64,000 nucleotides of DNA from Alphaproteobacteria bacterium (GCA_965228895.1 OZ245842.1:1856001-1920000); one strand, 5' to 3'; positions 36,700 through 47,349 are shown, counted from the stretch's first letter. Notes: generated from the sequence alone by a model not told the origin. Program-made: numbers and translations.

Positions 36700-38193
36700 C
36701 TAGTAGTTGGGCCGTTCCGGACAGTCCGGCTCCAGCGGATAGATCGGCCGGCGCACCTTCTCGAAGGTGAAGAGGGTGTTGTCGCTGCTGGTGACGCCGA
36801 CACCGTTGCACGGGATTTCGTGGCGCGCGATCGCGGCAAAACCGGCGCGGTGATGAATGCGCGACTTCAACACCAGGTAACGCTTCTCGGTTGGCTCGAT
36901 GCCGACGCTGCGGAAACAGCCGAGGTCATACGGTTCCGTATGGCGGGAGATGACGACGATCTGCACGTTGCCGGTGTCGAGCACGGCGCTCTTGCCCATC
37001 GACATCGTCGTGCCGCGCCCCATGGGCACGGTGACGATGAAGTCGCCATCGGTCAGCGCGCGTACCCGGCCGGTGATCTCGATCGGCTCGCCCATCTTGC
37101 CGATCGTCGGCATGTCGACCTTGCCGCCGAGCGAAAGCGTGACGGTTTCGCCGACACCGGCCGCCGCCATTTGGTCGACCGCCTGGGGATCACAGATCGC
37201 GAAGAAGGCGACGTCCTCGAGCCCCTGGTCGATGACCTCTTTGAGAACCGCGGTCGTCTCCTGGGTGCCGCCCGAGGCGGAGTTGTCGGCATGGTCCAGC
37301 AGCACGATCGGGCCGTCCGTCAGCGACTTGGCCTGCGCGATGGTGTCGCCCAGCGGCTCGGAATGAAAGATCCATTCGGCGCGTTCCTGCCACGCTTTCT
37401 GCAGCATCGCCTCGCATTGCTGCTCGGCGGCGACCCGGTCGCCATCGGCGATGGTCACGACGGATAGGCCGGCATCGTGAAAGTCAGCGAGGGGGAAACC
37501 ACCGAAGATGGAGGCCGCCAGCAGGCCGTCACTTTCGGCCTGACGTGCCATGGCGAGCATCGTCTTCATTGGCTCGTCGTCATGGCCCATGCGCAGTGTC
37601 TGCGCCAGGATCGGCCGGCTGCCCCAGACCATGACCGGTGAGACCTCGCCCGCGAGCGCGCGCACCATGATCTTGCCGGCATGGGCGCCGGCTTCGTACA
37701 TGTCGATATGGGGATAGGTCTTGTAACCAACCAGGACCGTGCAGTTGTCGACGATGTCGTCGGTGATGTTGGCGTGCAGGTCCAGGCTGATCGCGATCGG
37801 CAGGTCCGGCGCGATGGTGCGGAGGCGCTTCAGCAAGGTGCCTTCGCCGTCATCGGTCGTTTCGCCGACCATGGCGCCATGCAGGTCGAGAAAACAGACA
37901 TCGCAGCCGGCTTCGACGGCCTCGCAAATGGCATCGCACATGGTGGTGTAGGCGGCGGCATCGACCTTGCCGCTGGGCGCAGCGTTGCCGGCGATCGGCG
38001 TCACCATCTCCATGCCTTCGGCTTCCGCGATATCGAGGAAGGCGCCGATGCCGGTGCCCGTTCCCTTGAAGCGCTTGTAGACCTCATCACCCGTCGGCAC
38101 GTCGGGGCTGCCGAAGCGTGACAGCGGTGTTGGCACCGGCGAAAACGTGTTCGTCTCGTGCTCCATCATCGCGACGACTGCGCGCAACGTCAT
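36700..38193 (-). CDS. M81 family metallopeptidase (MlrC-like)
   Basis: HETNTFSP, LDLHGAM, DLHAN, YKTYPHID, DHADN..SG and LKS..H motifs. Confidence 0.92.
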   Translation of the reverse strand: MTLRAVVAMMEHETNTFSPVPTPLSRFGSPDVPTGDEVYKRFKGTGTGIGAFLDIAEAEGMEMVTPIAGNAAPSGKVDAAAYTTMCDAICEAVEAGCDVCFLDLHGAMVGETTDDGEGTLLKRLRTIAPDLPIAISLDLHANITDDIVDNCTVLVGYKTYPHIDMYEAGAHAGKIMVRALAGEVSPVMVWGSRPILAQTLRMGHDDEPMKTMLAMARQAESDGLLAASIFGGFPLADFHDAGLSVVTIADGDRVAAEQQCEAMLQKAWQERAEWIFHSEPLGDTIAQAKSLTDGPIVLLDHADNSASGGTQETTAVLKEVIDQGLEDVAFFAICDPQAVDQMAAAGVGETVTLSLGGKVDMPTIGKMGEPIEITGRVRALTDGDFIVTVPMGRGTTMSMGKSAVLDTGNVQIVVISRHTEPYDLGCFRSVGIEPTEKRYLVLKSRIHHRAGFAAIARHEIPCNGVGVTSSDNTLFTFEKVRRPIYPLEPDCPERPNY

Positions 38194-38207
38194 AACGTCT
38201 TTCCCGG

Positions 38208-38861
38208 CTAAATGTTGTGCGGACGGTAGGCTTCGCCAACCGTCAGGGTCCAGCGCACGATGCTCTTCAGCACCTTGCCCAAGGCCTCGTCCATCGCTTC
38301 TACGATGGGTAGAATGCTATCGGCCGACGCCGGTTCGACCGCTTCGAAACTGCTGTTGGCGACGATCAGGCGATCGGGCATTTCGACGAGTTTGCAGTTG
38401 ATCCGCACGCGCGCGTTGGGCGCCCCGCCGTTGTCGTACTCCATCTGAAACTCGCGCACCTCGACCAGCAGCACGAAGTCGCTGCGCAGGCCGACCGACT
38501 GGCGCCCGACCGATGTGATCATGCCGGAGTTCTCGAACGATTCGACAATCAGGCCCTGGACCATCAGGGGTGCACGATCGGTCCAGTTGGAGTTGGCGTA
38601 GTACTCGACGCGGATCTGGTTGCGCATCAGCGCGATACGTTGGGTGTTGATGCCGGCAGGCGCGACCGGAATGTCGACAACCAGCTGCCAGTTCACCGGA
38701 GTCAGGCCCTCGCCGAACGTGCTTTTCGGTGTCAGGCGGTAAAGATTGGGTGGAGTCTCAATTTTCTCGATGAACGATGAGGCGCCGCACCCGGCCAACG
38801 GCACGGCAAGCAGTCCGGTCAGCATGGTTCGACGCGCGAGGGATGAAGACTGCATGATCAA
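38208..38861 (-). CDS. ABC-type transport auxiliary lipoprotein (PqiC-like)
   Basis: Lipobox LAGC; last gene of an MCE operon. Confidence 0.85.
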   Translation of the reverse strand: MIMQSSSLARRTMLTGLLAVPLAGCGASSFIEKIETPPNLYRLTPKSTFGEGLTPVNWQLVVDIPVAPAGINTQRIALMRNQIRVEYYANSNWTDRAPLMVQGLIVESFENSGMITSVGRQSVGLRSDFVLLVEVREFQMEYDNGGAPNARVRINCKLVEMPDRLIVANSSFEAVEPASADSILPIVEAMDEALGKVLKSIVRWTLTVGEAYRPHNI

Positions 38862-38870
38862 TGACCGCTG

Positions 38871-39878
38871 TTATTGAGTCTGGTAGCCGGATTGGTTGCC
38901 GCCCAGGAGGAATGATGCGGGGTCGCGCTCCAACTGCTGCGCTATCTGTGACAGCGATGCGATGAGGGCGCGGCCATCCACCAGGAACTGGCCGAACTCG
39001 TAAAGTCCCGTCTCCGTGAAGTCCCGGATGGCAACACGATTCTCGTTGAGGATGGCGTTGGCCGTATCGGCGGTCTGCGTGAAACTGCTCAGCATCGCGT
39101 CCAGTTTCGGATTGGTCTCCTCGACCGCGGTATTCACCGTTGTCAGCGTCGTCTCCAGTTTGTTGAGCGTGGCGTTGACGTTGGTCGTGATGGTATCGAG
39201 GCTCTTCTTGAAGTCGGCAGTCAGTTCTTTGATCTCGGCCGTCGTCTGTTCGACGTTCTCGAATGTCTTCCGGCCGTCCTCAATGATCTCGCCGATCGAT
39301 GCGCGATGTTTGGAGAGCTCTTCGGTAAAGGCCTCGACATTCGCCAGCGTCGAGGCGAGCGCTTCGCGATTTTGTTCGTCGAGCAGCATGTTGGCGCGCT
39401 CGAGAAGTTCGTGGGCCGATTTCAGAACCTCAGGCGCCGTCGTGAAGAGCTGCTGCAACGCGGACTCCTCCGACTTGATCGTCGCGATGTTTTCGCCAGG
39501 ATCCGGTTCCAGATCAGGGGCACCTTCGGTGCCGGCTTTGATCTGAATGTAAGAGACACCGGTGATGCCCTGCATTTCGACTGACGCCACCGAGTCCGTC
39601 TTGACCGGCGTATCGCTTTTGACCTGGACAACGACGCGCACCAAGTCTGGATCGAACGGGTCGATTTCGATGGTGCGCACGGTGCCGACCGGAATGCCGA
39701 GGTAGCTGACCGTGCTGTCCACGGCCAGACCGGTGACAGCGCCGGAGAACAGGATCTGGTAGTTCGTGTAGCGTTGGGTGGTGTCGAACTTGGCGAGCCA
39801 GATAACGAAGCCCGCCATCGCGACGACAAGCACCAGCACGAAGGTGCCGACCAAGGTATAGCTAGCGCGGGTTTCCAT
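38871..39878 (-). CDS. MlaD/MCE family protein
   Basis: METRASY.LVG.FV start; GL...S.V.YLGIPVG.V and QGITG motifs; coiled-coil tail. Confidence 0.92.
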   Translation of the reverse strand: METRASYTLVGTFVLVLVVAMAGFVIWLAKFDTTQRYTNYQILFSGAVTGLAVDSTVSYLGIPVGTVRTIEIDPFDPDLVRVVVQVKSDTPVKTDSVASVEMQGITGVSYIQIKAGTEGAPDLEPDPGENIATIKSEESALQQLFTTAPEVLKSAHELLERANMLLDEQNREALASTLANVEAFTEELSKHRASIGEIIEDGRKTFENVEQTTAEIKELTADFKKSLDTITTNVNATLNKLETTLTTVNTAVEETNPKLDAMLSSFTQTADTANAILNENRVAIRDFTETGLYEFGQFLVDGRALIASLSQIAQQLERDPASFLLGGNQSGYQTQ

Positions 39879-39883
39879 GCTTT

Positions 39884-40696
39884 TTACTCGCCAAAGGCTG
39901 CGCGTGCCCGGGGGCCGCGGAAGTATTCCTGGATCCAGGGATGATCCAGCTTCAGGAGTTCTTCGATCGTCCCCACAACGATCTTTTTGTCGATCAGCAC
40001 GGCAATACGGTCGCAGATCGCGATCAGACTGTCCAGGTCATGCGTGACCATAAAGACCGTCAGGCCAAGGCTTTCGCGCAAACTGCCGATCAACTGGTCG
40101 AAGTTGGCGGCGCCGATCGGATCAAGCCCGGCCGTCGGCTCGTCCAGGAAAAGGATACCGGGATCTAGCGCCAGGGCGCGGGCCAGGCCGGCGCGTTTGC
40201 GCATGCCGCCGGAGAGTTCTGAGGGAAACTTCGCCGCGGTGTCGACAGGCAGACCGGTCATGGTGATCTTGACCCGCGCCAGTTCGTCCATCAGCCGCGG
40301 CGAGAGTTTGGTGTATTCCTTGATCGGCACCTGGATGTTTTCGGCGACCGTCAACGAACTGAAGAGAGCGCCGTCTTGAAACAGCACGCCCCAATGGGCA
40401 CGCAGTGCCTTGGCTTCGCGCGCCGTCAGGGTCTTGGTGTCTTGACCCAGCACCTCGATGGTGCCGGCTTGCTGCTGGCGCAGACCGACGATGGTGCGTA
40501 GCAGCACCGACTTGCCGGAACCCGAACCGCCGACGACACCCAGGACTTCGCCCTCAAGCACGTCCAGGTCCAGGTTGTCGTGTACGACCTGGGTGCCGAA
40601 CTGGTTGCGCAGACCGCGGACCCGAATGACCGGCTCGCCTTTCGGCGTGTGCAGATCGCTTGGCGAGTCAAACTCTTGGTCGTCTCTTAACGCCAT
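39884..40696 (-). CDS. ABC ATP-binding protein (MlaF-like)
   Basis: GGSGSGKS, LSGGMRKR, FLDEPTAGLD and VTHD motifs; start at ATG 40696. Confidence 0.95.
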   Translation of the reverse strand: MALRDDQEFDSPSDLHTPKGEPVIRVRGLRNQFGTQVVHDNLDLDVLEGEVLGVVGGSGSGKSVLLRTIVGLRQQQAGTIEVLGQDTKTLTAREAKALRAHWGVLFQDGALFSSLTVAENIQVPIKEYTKLSPRLMDELARVKITMTGLPVDTAAKFPSELSGGMRKRAGLARALALDPGILFLDEPTAGLDPIGAANFDQLIGSLRESLGLTVFMVTHDLDSLIAICDRIAVLIDKKIVVGTIEELLKLDHPWIQEYFRGPRARAAFGE

Positions 40697-41832
40697 CAGA
40701 TTCCCAAGAACGAGAAGAGCACGGAGAAGAAGGCATCGAGCACGATGACCAGGAAGATGGCCTGGACGACGGCCTTGGTTGTCATCTGGCCGACGCTCTC
40801 GGCGCTGCCGGCGACCTTCAAGCCGTTGTAGCAGCCGATCATGGCGATCACGAAAGCAAAGAACGGCGCCTTGATGATGCCGACCCAGAATGCCCACATC
40901 GGCACCGCGCTGTTCAACTGGTCAATGAACCGCGTCACCGAGATATCAAGCACGAAGATCGACATGATGGCGCCGCCGATCAGGCCGAGGATATCGGCAT
41001 AGAAGCCCAACAGCGGCAGCACGATCATGAGCGCAACCAGGCGCGGAATGACCAGCAACTGGATCGGGCTTAAGCCCAGCGCGCTCATGGCGTCGATCTC
41101 TTCGTTGACCTTCATCGTGCCGATCTGCGCGGTAAAGGCGCTGCCGGACCGGCCGGCGACAATGATGGCCGTGATCAAGATACCGATCTCGCGCAGGAAC
41201 GAGACGCCAAGCAGATTGACCGTGAAGATCTCCGCGCCGAAACGGCGGAGCTGATCGGCACCCTGGAACGCGATGACGATACCGATCAAAAAGGCGAGCA
41301 ACCCGACGATGGGCAGGGCGTTCAGCCCGGTCTGCTGCATCTGGCTGACCACCGGAATCAGCTTGATGCGTTTGGGATGCACCAGCATGTGGCCGACGGC
41401 AACGCAGATCTCACCAAAGAACGACAGAAGTTCACCGGCTTCTTTTCCCGCCTGAACGGTCCGGTAACCGACATTTTCGACCAAGCCCAAAATGGGGTGA
41501 AACGGCCTTTTCTCGAGATCAGGCTTTTCCTGGCATGCAACGATGTGGTCGAAAAGGTGCTGGAACTCCGGTTTTATGTTCTCGAACGCGGCGTCGTAGC
41601 CCTCGTCAGTCAAACGCTGACGCAGCCGGAAAAGCACCCAGGCACCTGCGGTATCCAGCTTTTCGATGCCTGCGAGATCGATTTGGACCTTGCTGCCGCT
41701 GGGCGGGCTGATGGCGCGCACGGAATCATCCAGCGACTGCACCGTCGTGATGTCCCAGACGCCGTCTGCCTTTACGATGCAGCGGCCGTCGCCTCCTGAA
41801 AGGGCAAGCGTGCCCTTGTTCATCACAGCCAT
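40696..41832 (-). CDS. STAS-MlaE permease
   Basis: N-terminal STAS (LDTAGA) and REIG.LITAIIVAGRSGSAFTAQIGTMK..EEIDA. Confidence 0.93.
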   Translation of the reverse strand: MAVMNKGTLALSGGDGRCIVKADGVWDITTVQSLDDSVRAISPPSGSKVQIDLAGIEKLDTAGAWVLFRLRQRLTDEGYDAAFENIKPEFQHLFDHIVACQEKPDLEKRPFHPILGLVENVGYRTVQAGKEAGELLSFFGEICVAVGHMLVHPKRIKLIPVVSQMQQTGLNALPIVGLLAFLIGIVIAFQGADQLRRFGAEIFTVNLLGVSFLREIGILITAIIVAGRSGSAFTAQIGTMKVNEEIDAMSALGLSPIQLLVIPRLVALMIVLPLLGFYADILGLIGGAIMSIFVLDISVTRFIDQLNSAVPMWAFWVGIIKAPFFAFVIAMIGCYNGLKVAGSAESVGQMTTKAVVQAIFLVIVLDAFFSVLFSFLGI

Positions 41833-41979
41833 GTGCCGCGAGTTTCCCCGTCTATTCGCCCCGGTCTCTCGCCGCGGAGTATAGCGACCGCGACGATTGT
41901 CACCAGCCCTGTCATTCCCCCTTGATGTTCGGCGTTTCTGCGGCCAGCATCCCGCGCCCAATTGATGTGGGAAAAGCCC

Positions 41980-42408
41980 ATGGACAGCGACAGCGCAGGC
42001 AGACGGCGCGGACGGCGAACCAGCCAGGCGACACTCAGGGTCTGCGTGACCTGCCGGTGGCAGGGGCTGGAGACGCTTGGCGACCCGGATCTGCGGCCCG
42101 GTCAGCACTTGCATGATCTGGTCGTCGCGCGGGCCAGACCCGACCAGCGGGAGCGTGTTCAGGAGATTGTCTGCCTGACCCATTGCCTGAACGCGTGTAA
42201 CGCGGTGGCCATGCAGCGTGGGAAAACACCGCTGTTGATGACCCAAATGGCGCCTGATGAGGACACGGCAGACGCGCTCCTCGCCATGCTCGATGCTTAC
42301 GGTGAGAGCGCCGATGGTGTTGTCGCGGGCGGCGATGTGCCCGCCGCCATTCCACTTGCCCGTCCGCTCGTGCCGCCACGCAAGACGCGCCAAGCTGACG
42401 CAGAGTAG
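41980..42408 (+). CDS. DUF1636 (thioredoxin-like, Cys-rich) protein
   Basis: VCVTCR, PG..L and VCLTHC..AC motifs. Confidence 0.72.
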   Translation: MDSDSAGRRRGRRTSQATLRVCVTCRWQGLETLGDPDLRPGQHLHDLVVARARPDQRERVQEIVCLTHCLNACNAVAMQRGKTPLLMTQMAPDEDTADALLAMLDAYGESADGVVAGGDVPAAIPLARPLVPPRKTRQADAE

Positions 42409-42413
42409 GCCCT

Positions 42414-43973
42414 GTGTCCTACCGCAAGAGCGAGCATCTCAAACAGAAGCACCGCCGTATTGACGGATGGTCCGACTTCAAGCACCCGGAACTCGCTGCG
42501 TTCGGAATCACCGGCCAAGACGTCGTTGCCTTGGAGCATGCGATCTATGGGCAGATCGTTCCTCCCGAGGACGCCGATTACGATCTGGCGCGCCAAGTCC
42601 ACGAGCCGTCGTTTCAGAATTACCCGCTGCTGATTGTCTACTGCGAAACGCCGGGCGATGTGCGTCATTGCCTCGCCTTCGCCAAGCAGCATGATCTCAG
42701 AGTCACCTGTCGTTCCGGTGGCCATAACACGGCCGGCTATTCTGTCGGCAACGATGCGTTGGTGATCGACACCAGCAGGATGCAGTACGTCCACTTGTCG
42801 CGCGACGGCGGCGATCTGCCTGTTGCGCATATCGGTGCCGGCAGCCAATGGGGTTACATCGGCGCCGTGCTCGACAGCCATGGCCTGCATGTCCCTGGTG
42901 GCGCCTGCGAGAGCGTGTGCGTCGCCGGCTACATGCAGGGCGGCGGCTACAGCTTTACCTCGCGCATGTATGGCATGAATTGCGACAATGTCATTGCCGT
43001 CAAGGTCATGTTGGCTGACGGCCGGATCGTGATCGCCAACCAGCAGCAGAACGTCCCCCTGTTCTGGGCAATCCGGGGCGGTACCGGCAACAACTTTGGT
43101 GTGCTCCTGGAGATCAGCTATCAGGTTCAGCGGCCGGATCCCCTGTGGGGTTTCAGCATTCGCTGGGAGATCGACGATGCGCCCCGGGCAATCGTCGACA
43201 TGCAAGACGGCTACATGAAGACCAACCCGTCGCGATTGATCGGGTTTGAGACCCAGGGCATTGTCATAGACGGTCGGCAGGTCCTGCAGATGCGCGGTAT
43301 GGTGCGCGGGTCCGACGCCGAGGCGCTCACCGTCCTCCAGCCCATGCTGGCAACACCCGGCGCCCATCTCGAGTACGGGTTTCCCAGCAGCTACTACGAG
43401 CTCAATCGCCGCCACGATATCGGGTTTCCCGCGGCCATGCCGACCGGCATCAAGGAGGACAAACAATCGGGCTACTTACGCGCGCCGCTATCGCTCGCCG
43501 AATGGGAGAGCGTGATCGACATGTTTAAGCGCACGCCCAATCCTTACAGCATTTTCAACATCGAGGCCTATGGTGCGGCAATCAACGACGTCGCGGTCGG
43601 CGCCAACGCATTCATCCACCGCGACACCTATTGCGACTTTTACCTTGATGTCTTCTGGGTCGATGAAGCCGATCGCGCGACAGCGGTGCGGTACCTCGAT
43701 GACTTTATGGCTTTGATGCAGCCGTTCTTCGACAGGCCCGACGGGCGCCCGCAGTCCAACCAAAACTATCCGCGCGCGACCCAGACGAACTATCTGGATC
43801 TCTACTTCGATGGTTTCATTCGGGATCTGGTGGCGGCCAAACGCCTTTACGATCCCCAGAACCGTTTTCGGTATGAGCAGGGTGTTCCGCTTGATTGTCC
43901 TGCGGACACGCGCGTTGATCCGGCATCGCCCGGTTTCAACGGCAATGAGGCGATTGTCGCGGAGGAATTCTAA
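42414..43973 (+). CDS. FAD-linked oxidase (VAO/berberine-bridge-enzyme-like)
   Basis: RSGGH, GACESV, LFWAIRGG.G.NFGV and K..YDPQNRF motifs. Confidence 0.9.
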   Translation: MSYRKSEHLKQKHRRIDGWSDFKHPELAAFGITGQDVVALEHAIYGQIVPPEDADYDLARQVHEPSFQNYPLLIVYCETPGDVRHCLAFAKQHDLRVTCRSGGHNTAGYSVGNDALVIDTSRMQYVHLSRDGGDLPVAHIGAGSQWGYIGAVLDSHGLHVPGGACESVCVAGYMQGGGYSFTSRMYGMNCDNVIAVKVMLADGRIVIANQQQNVPLFWAIRGGTGNNFGVLLEISYQVQRPDPLWGFSIRWEIDDAPRAIVDMQDGYMKTNPSRLIGFETQGIVIDGRQVLQMRGMVRGSDAEALTVLQPMLATPGAHLEYGFPSSYYELNRRHDIGFPAAMPTGIKEDKQSGYLRAPLSLAEWESVIDMFKRTPNPYSIFNIEAYGAAINDVAVGANAFIHRDTYCDFYLDVFWVDEADRATAVRYLDDFMALMQPFFDRPDGRPQSNQNYPRATQTNYLDLYFDGFIRDLVAAKRLYDPQNRFRYEQGVPLDCPADTRVDPASPGFNGNEAIVAEEF

Positions 43974-44006
43974 GGTTGCAGTAAGCCCGGCGCGCGGCCC
44001 CTCTGC

Positions 44007-44972
44007 CTAGCCGTTGACCAATCTGCCGAGACGCACAGCAGTCTTGCCCTTCACCGGTTCGCGTGCCGGCATCACCATGACGCAGTCGTCATAGGGCGTC
44101 CGGACCTCATTCCCGCCGTCGGTGCCGATCAGCGTGCCGGCTTCAGGCACGATCTCGAAACCCTCGAAGACACGGTCAAACACGAAGTCGTCGGTTTCGA
44201 TCGTGACCGGGCCGGTCACCTCGATGAAGAGCTGGTCGGGCTGCGAGGAGGTGTCCAGGTGCTTGTCCAGCGTCGCGTCGTCAAGCGCGTCGAAGTGGTT
44301 GAGGAACCGTAGCGACGTCTGGATCGCGATATCGACGGCCTCGGGGAAGAAGTGATAACCGCACTCGACCAGCATCGCCGCATTCGGCAGGTCGGGGTCG
44401 TCGAAGGCCGCATAGTCGCGCAATCGTTTACCTGCCGCGTGTCCGGCGTCGATGACCACGTGGACCGGTGCGCCGATACCCTTGGCGAGCGCCGCGCCCT
44501 TCTTACAGGTGCCGGCCAGCAGCATGGCGGGCTGCGGAATTTCGACCGAGTGGATGTCGAGCAGGTGGTCGGCCCTATCGACCACCGGCCGCAGTTCACG
44601 GGCCCGGGTAAGGTCCAGGCTCTGGCGTGGCCCTTCAAGGGTCTCTTCGTTCCACAATCGGTTGAAGTCTTCATCCTGAAACCTTGAAATAAAAGGATAA
44701 TTCGGATCGAAATTTTCGTAGGCGCCGACATTGGCGAAGGACAAGGTCAGCTTGCCCCGGGTGGTCCGGATGTTCTCCTCGAACAGGAATTTTAGCGCAT
44801 GGGCGCCGCACAGCTCGTTGCCGTGGGTGATCGCGTTGATCATCAGGTGCGGACCTGGCTTGCCGCTGTCGAACGTGGTGACGTAGTCGACACCTGTGTT
44901 GCCCGCCCTATAGGGCGTGATATCGCAGGGCATCAGGTGGACCCCATGGGGGGCGATAGGCGATGCGGTCAT
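44007..44972 (-). CDS. Succinylglutamate desuccinylase/aspartoacylase (M14-like) protein
   Basis: HGNE, DFNR, LLDIHS and VECG motifs. Confidence 0.88.
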   Translation of the reverse strand: MTASPIAPHGVHLMPCDITPYRAGNTGVDYVTTFDSGKPGPHLMINAITHGNELCGAHALKFLFEENIRTTRGKLTLSFANVGAYENFDPNYPFISRFQDEDFNRLWNEETLEGPRQSLDLTRARELRPVVDRADHLLDIHSVEIPQPAMLLAGTCKKGAALAKGIGAPVHVVIDAGHAAGKRLRDYAAFDDPDLPNAAMLVECGYHFFPEAVDIAIQTSLRFLNHFDALDDATLDKHLDTSSQPDQLFIEVTGPVTIETDDFVFDRVFEGFEIVPEAGTLIGTDGGNEVRTPYDDCVMVMPAREPVKGKTAVRLGRLVNG

Positions 44973-45007
44973 GATTTTGGACCAAGCTCCAGGACAGGGG
45001 AACCAAG

Positions 45008-45775
45008 CTAATAGGAAAACTGTTCTTTTAGGATGCGTTCTTCGAGATTGTGTTCGGCATCGAACAGCACGCGGACGCTGCGCTCGGGATCTTCGGTGAT
45101 GCGCACCGCCACGACATCGCGGACTTCGGTGAAGTCGGCGACGGCACTGACCGGCCGCTTGTCGGGTTCCAGAACGGTCAGGTCGACGGTGGTGCCAAAG
45201 GGCAGCAGCGCACCGCGCCAGCGCCGTGGCCGAAACGCGCTGATCGGTGTCAGCGCCAGAACCTTGGCGTCGATTGGCACAATTGGACCGTGAGCGGAAA
45301 GGTTGTAGGCGGTGCTGCCAGCCGGCGTCGCCACCAGGACGCCGTCGCAGATGAGCTCATCAATTCGTATCACATCGTCGATGGCGATGCGGATCTTGGC
45401 CGTCTGGCGGGTCTCGCGAAACAGGGCGACTTCGTTGATGGCGATCGCTTCGGTGACCGAGCCATCCTCGGCCGTCGCCATCATGCGCAGCGGGTTCAGC
45501 TTCGTTTCAACCGACTTTTCAATGCGCTCGGGAAGGTTGTCGGCATGGAACTCGTTCATCAAAAAACCGACGCTGCCGCGGTTCATGCCATAGACCGGAA
45601 TGCCGCGGTCCATGAACGCGTGCAGGGTTTCCAGCATGAAACCGTCACCGCCCAGCGCGACGATGACGTCCGCGTTGTCGGGATCGCTGGTGCCGTAGTT
45701 CGCACACAGTTCATCCAGCGCACCTTGGGAGTTATCGGTTGGGCTGGCCACGAAAGCGAGACGTTGCGTGGTCAA
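45008..45775 (-). CDS. nadK: NAD kinase
   Basis: LGGDG, NE and [19 protein letters not shown] motifs. Confidence 0.95.
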   Translation of the reverse strand: MTTQRLAFVASPTDNSQGALDELCANYGTSDPDNADVIVALGGDGFMLETLHAFMDRGIPVYGMNRGSVGFLMNEFHADNLPERIEKSVETKLNPLRMMATAEDGSVTEAIAINEVALFRETRQTAKIRIAIDDVIRIDELICDGVLVATPAGSTAYNLSAHGPIVPIDAKVLALTPISAFRPRRWRGALLPFGTTVDLTVLEPDKRPVSAVADFTEVRDVVAVRITEDPERSVRVLFDAEHNLEERILKEQFSY

Positions 45776-45914
45776 GATGGGTGCTCCGGGCTGGCAGGGT
45801 ACAGAATCACGCTGGCGTCACTATAGACGAGGCGGCGGCGCGACGCGATGTGATGACATCGCCCGGCGGTGCGGGCACACTTGCACAAGCGCGCTGCCTT
45901 GGAGGTTGTTGATA

Positions 45915-46421
45915 ATGTTGCCCATACGCCTGTTGATCCCTGCCTTCATGGTGGCCTTGATCGTCTCGCTTGCCGGTACCGCTCTTGCCCAGGAAGAGGG
46001 CGAGGACGAAGGCGACCGCCATATCGGGTATTACTATCCGGAGCCTCAGTCGGAGGAAACCTATGTCGCGCGCGCGGTCACGCTGCCCGACAGCGACCGC
46101 TCCAGGCGCCTCGGCTTCGTCACCCTGCTGACCCAGCAGCAGCTCGTGGCGCCCTATTCGCCGTCACTTGCCATGTTCGCCAAGGGCGAGGAAGCCGAGA
46201 AGCTGATCATCGTCGGTCTGCGTGATGGACCCATGGATACGATCTATCGCGCGCGGGGCGTGCTGGCCATGCTGACGGCTTCCGCGCGCACGTCCGAACT
46301 GTTTCGCCAGTATCAGGTGCAGGACATCTTTACCTTCTTCGATCTGCTCAAGCTTCTCGGCTTCGAGCGCTTGACCGTGACCAACGGCAAGGACTTCGCC
46401 CACGTCATCTATATCGAATAG
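45915..46421 (+). CDS. Secreted hypothetical protein
   Basis: Signal peptide (ALA-QEE); DRHIGYYYP start of the mature chain; GGAGG RBS. Confidence 0.8.
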   Translation: MLPIRLLIPAFMVALIVSLAGTALAQEEGEDEGDRHIGYYYPEPQSEETYVARAVTLPDSDRSRRLGFVTLLTQQQLVAPYSPSLAMFAKGEEAEKLIIVGLRDGPMDTIYRARGVLAMLTASARTSELFRQYQVQDIFTFFDLLKLLGFERLTVTNGKDFAHVIYIE

Positions 46422-46424
46422 GCG

Positions 46425-47198
46425 ATGACCCGTTTCTCCGCCAACCTGGGCTTCATGTTCGGCGAGCATGCGTTTCTGGATCGCTTCGATGCTGCGGCGC
46501 GTGCCGGTTTCAAGGCCGTCGAGTTTCCATCGCCTTATGCGCATGACGCCGACGATGTCGCGAAGGCGGCGCGCGATGCGGCGGTCCAGGTGGTTCTGAT
46601 CAACCTGCCGGCTGGCGATGAAGACAAAGGCGATGTCGGCCTGACCGGCGTGCCGGGCCGCGAAGCGGACTACGCCGAGACTCTCGGCTTGGCTTTGACC
46701 TACGCCGCCGCATTGGACTGCCCGCGCCTCCACACCATGGCGGGCATCGTGCCGGATGGTCTGAGAGACGACGACTGCATGGGCGTATTCGCGGACAACT
46801 TGGCCAAGGCGTGCGCGGCGGCGGGCGAGCAGGGGCGCGACATCATGATCGAGCCGATCAACCGCCTTGATGTGCCCGGCTACATTCTGTCTTACCAGGA
46901 CCAGGCGCGGGAGTTGATCGAGGCGGTGCGGGCGCCCAATCTAAAGCTCCAGTTCGATGTCTATCACTGCCAGATTATGCAAGGCGATCTGGTGCGCAAC
47001 TTCGAGCGCCTTTTGCCGCTGATCGGTCACGTACAGATATCCGACAACCCCGGCCGCCACGAGCCGGGCACCGGCGAGATCAACTACCGCTATCTGATCC
47101 CCGAGTTCGCACGGCTGGGCTATGACGGCTGGATTGGCTGCGAGTATGTGCCCCAAATCAATACCGAAGCCGGACTTGGTTGGATGACGGCCTTTTAG
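46425..47198 (+). CDS. Hydroxypyruvate isomerase family (Hyi/OtnI)
   Basis: RFSANL, IEPIN, FDVYH.Q, PGRHEPGTGEINY and GCEY motifs. Confidence 0.93.
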   Translation: MTRFSANLGFMFGEHAFLDRFDAAARAGFKAVEFPSPYAHDADDVAKAARDAAVQVVLINLPAGDEDKGDVGLTGVPGREADYAETLGLALTYAAALDCPRLHTMAGIVPDGLRDDDCMGVFADNLAKACAAAGEQGRDIMIEPINRLDVPGYILSYQDQARELIEAVRAPNLKLQFDVYHCQIMQGDLVRNFERLLPLIGHVQISDNPGRHEPGTGEINYRYLIPEFARLGYDGWIGCEYVPQINTEAGLGWMTAF

Positions 47199-47334
47199 AG
47201 CGGATCATGGTTGGATGGAACCGCTTGACGGTCCCATCCAACCATGTGAATCCGCTCTTTATCGATGACTAGAGCAGATTCACCTGTTTTGATGTCATCG
47301 CGAAGCGATTCCATCAAAACAGGATCTGCTCTAG
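47196..47334. repeat. Twin-hairpin palindromic element (RIME/BRU-RS/CIR-like)
   Basis: TAGAGCGGAT...ATCCGCTCT hairpin and CTAGAGCAGAT...ATCTGCTCTAG hairpin; begins at the hyi stop codon. Confidence 0.8.
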
Positions 47335-47349
47335 GCGCTTGCTGACACC

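Noticed and set aside
41833-41979. Cobalamin riboswitch upstream of DUF1636
   Set aside because: No GGGAA...GCCACTG...B12-box core is visible and the spacer is short.
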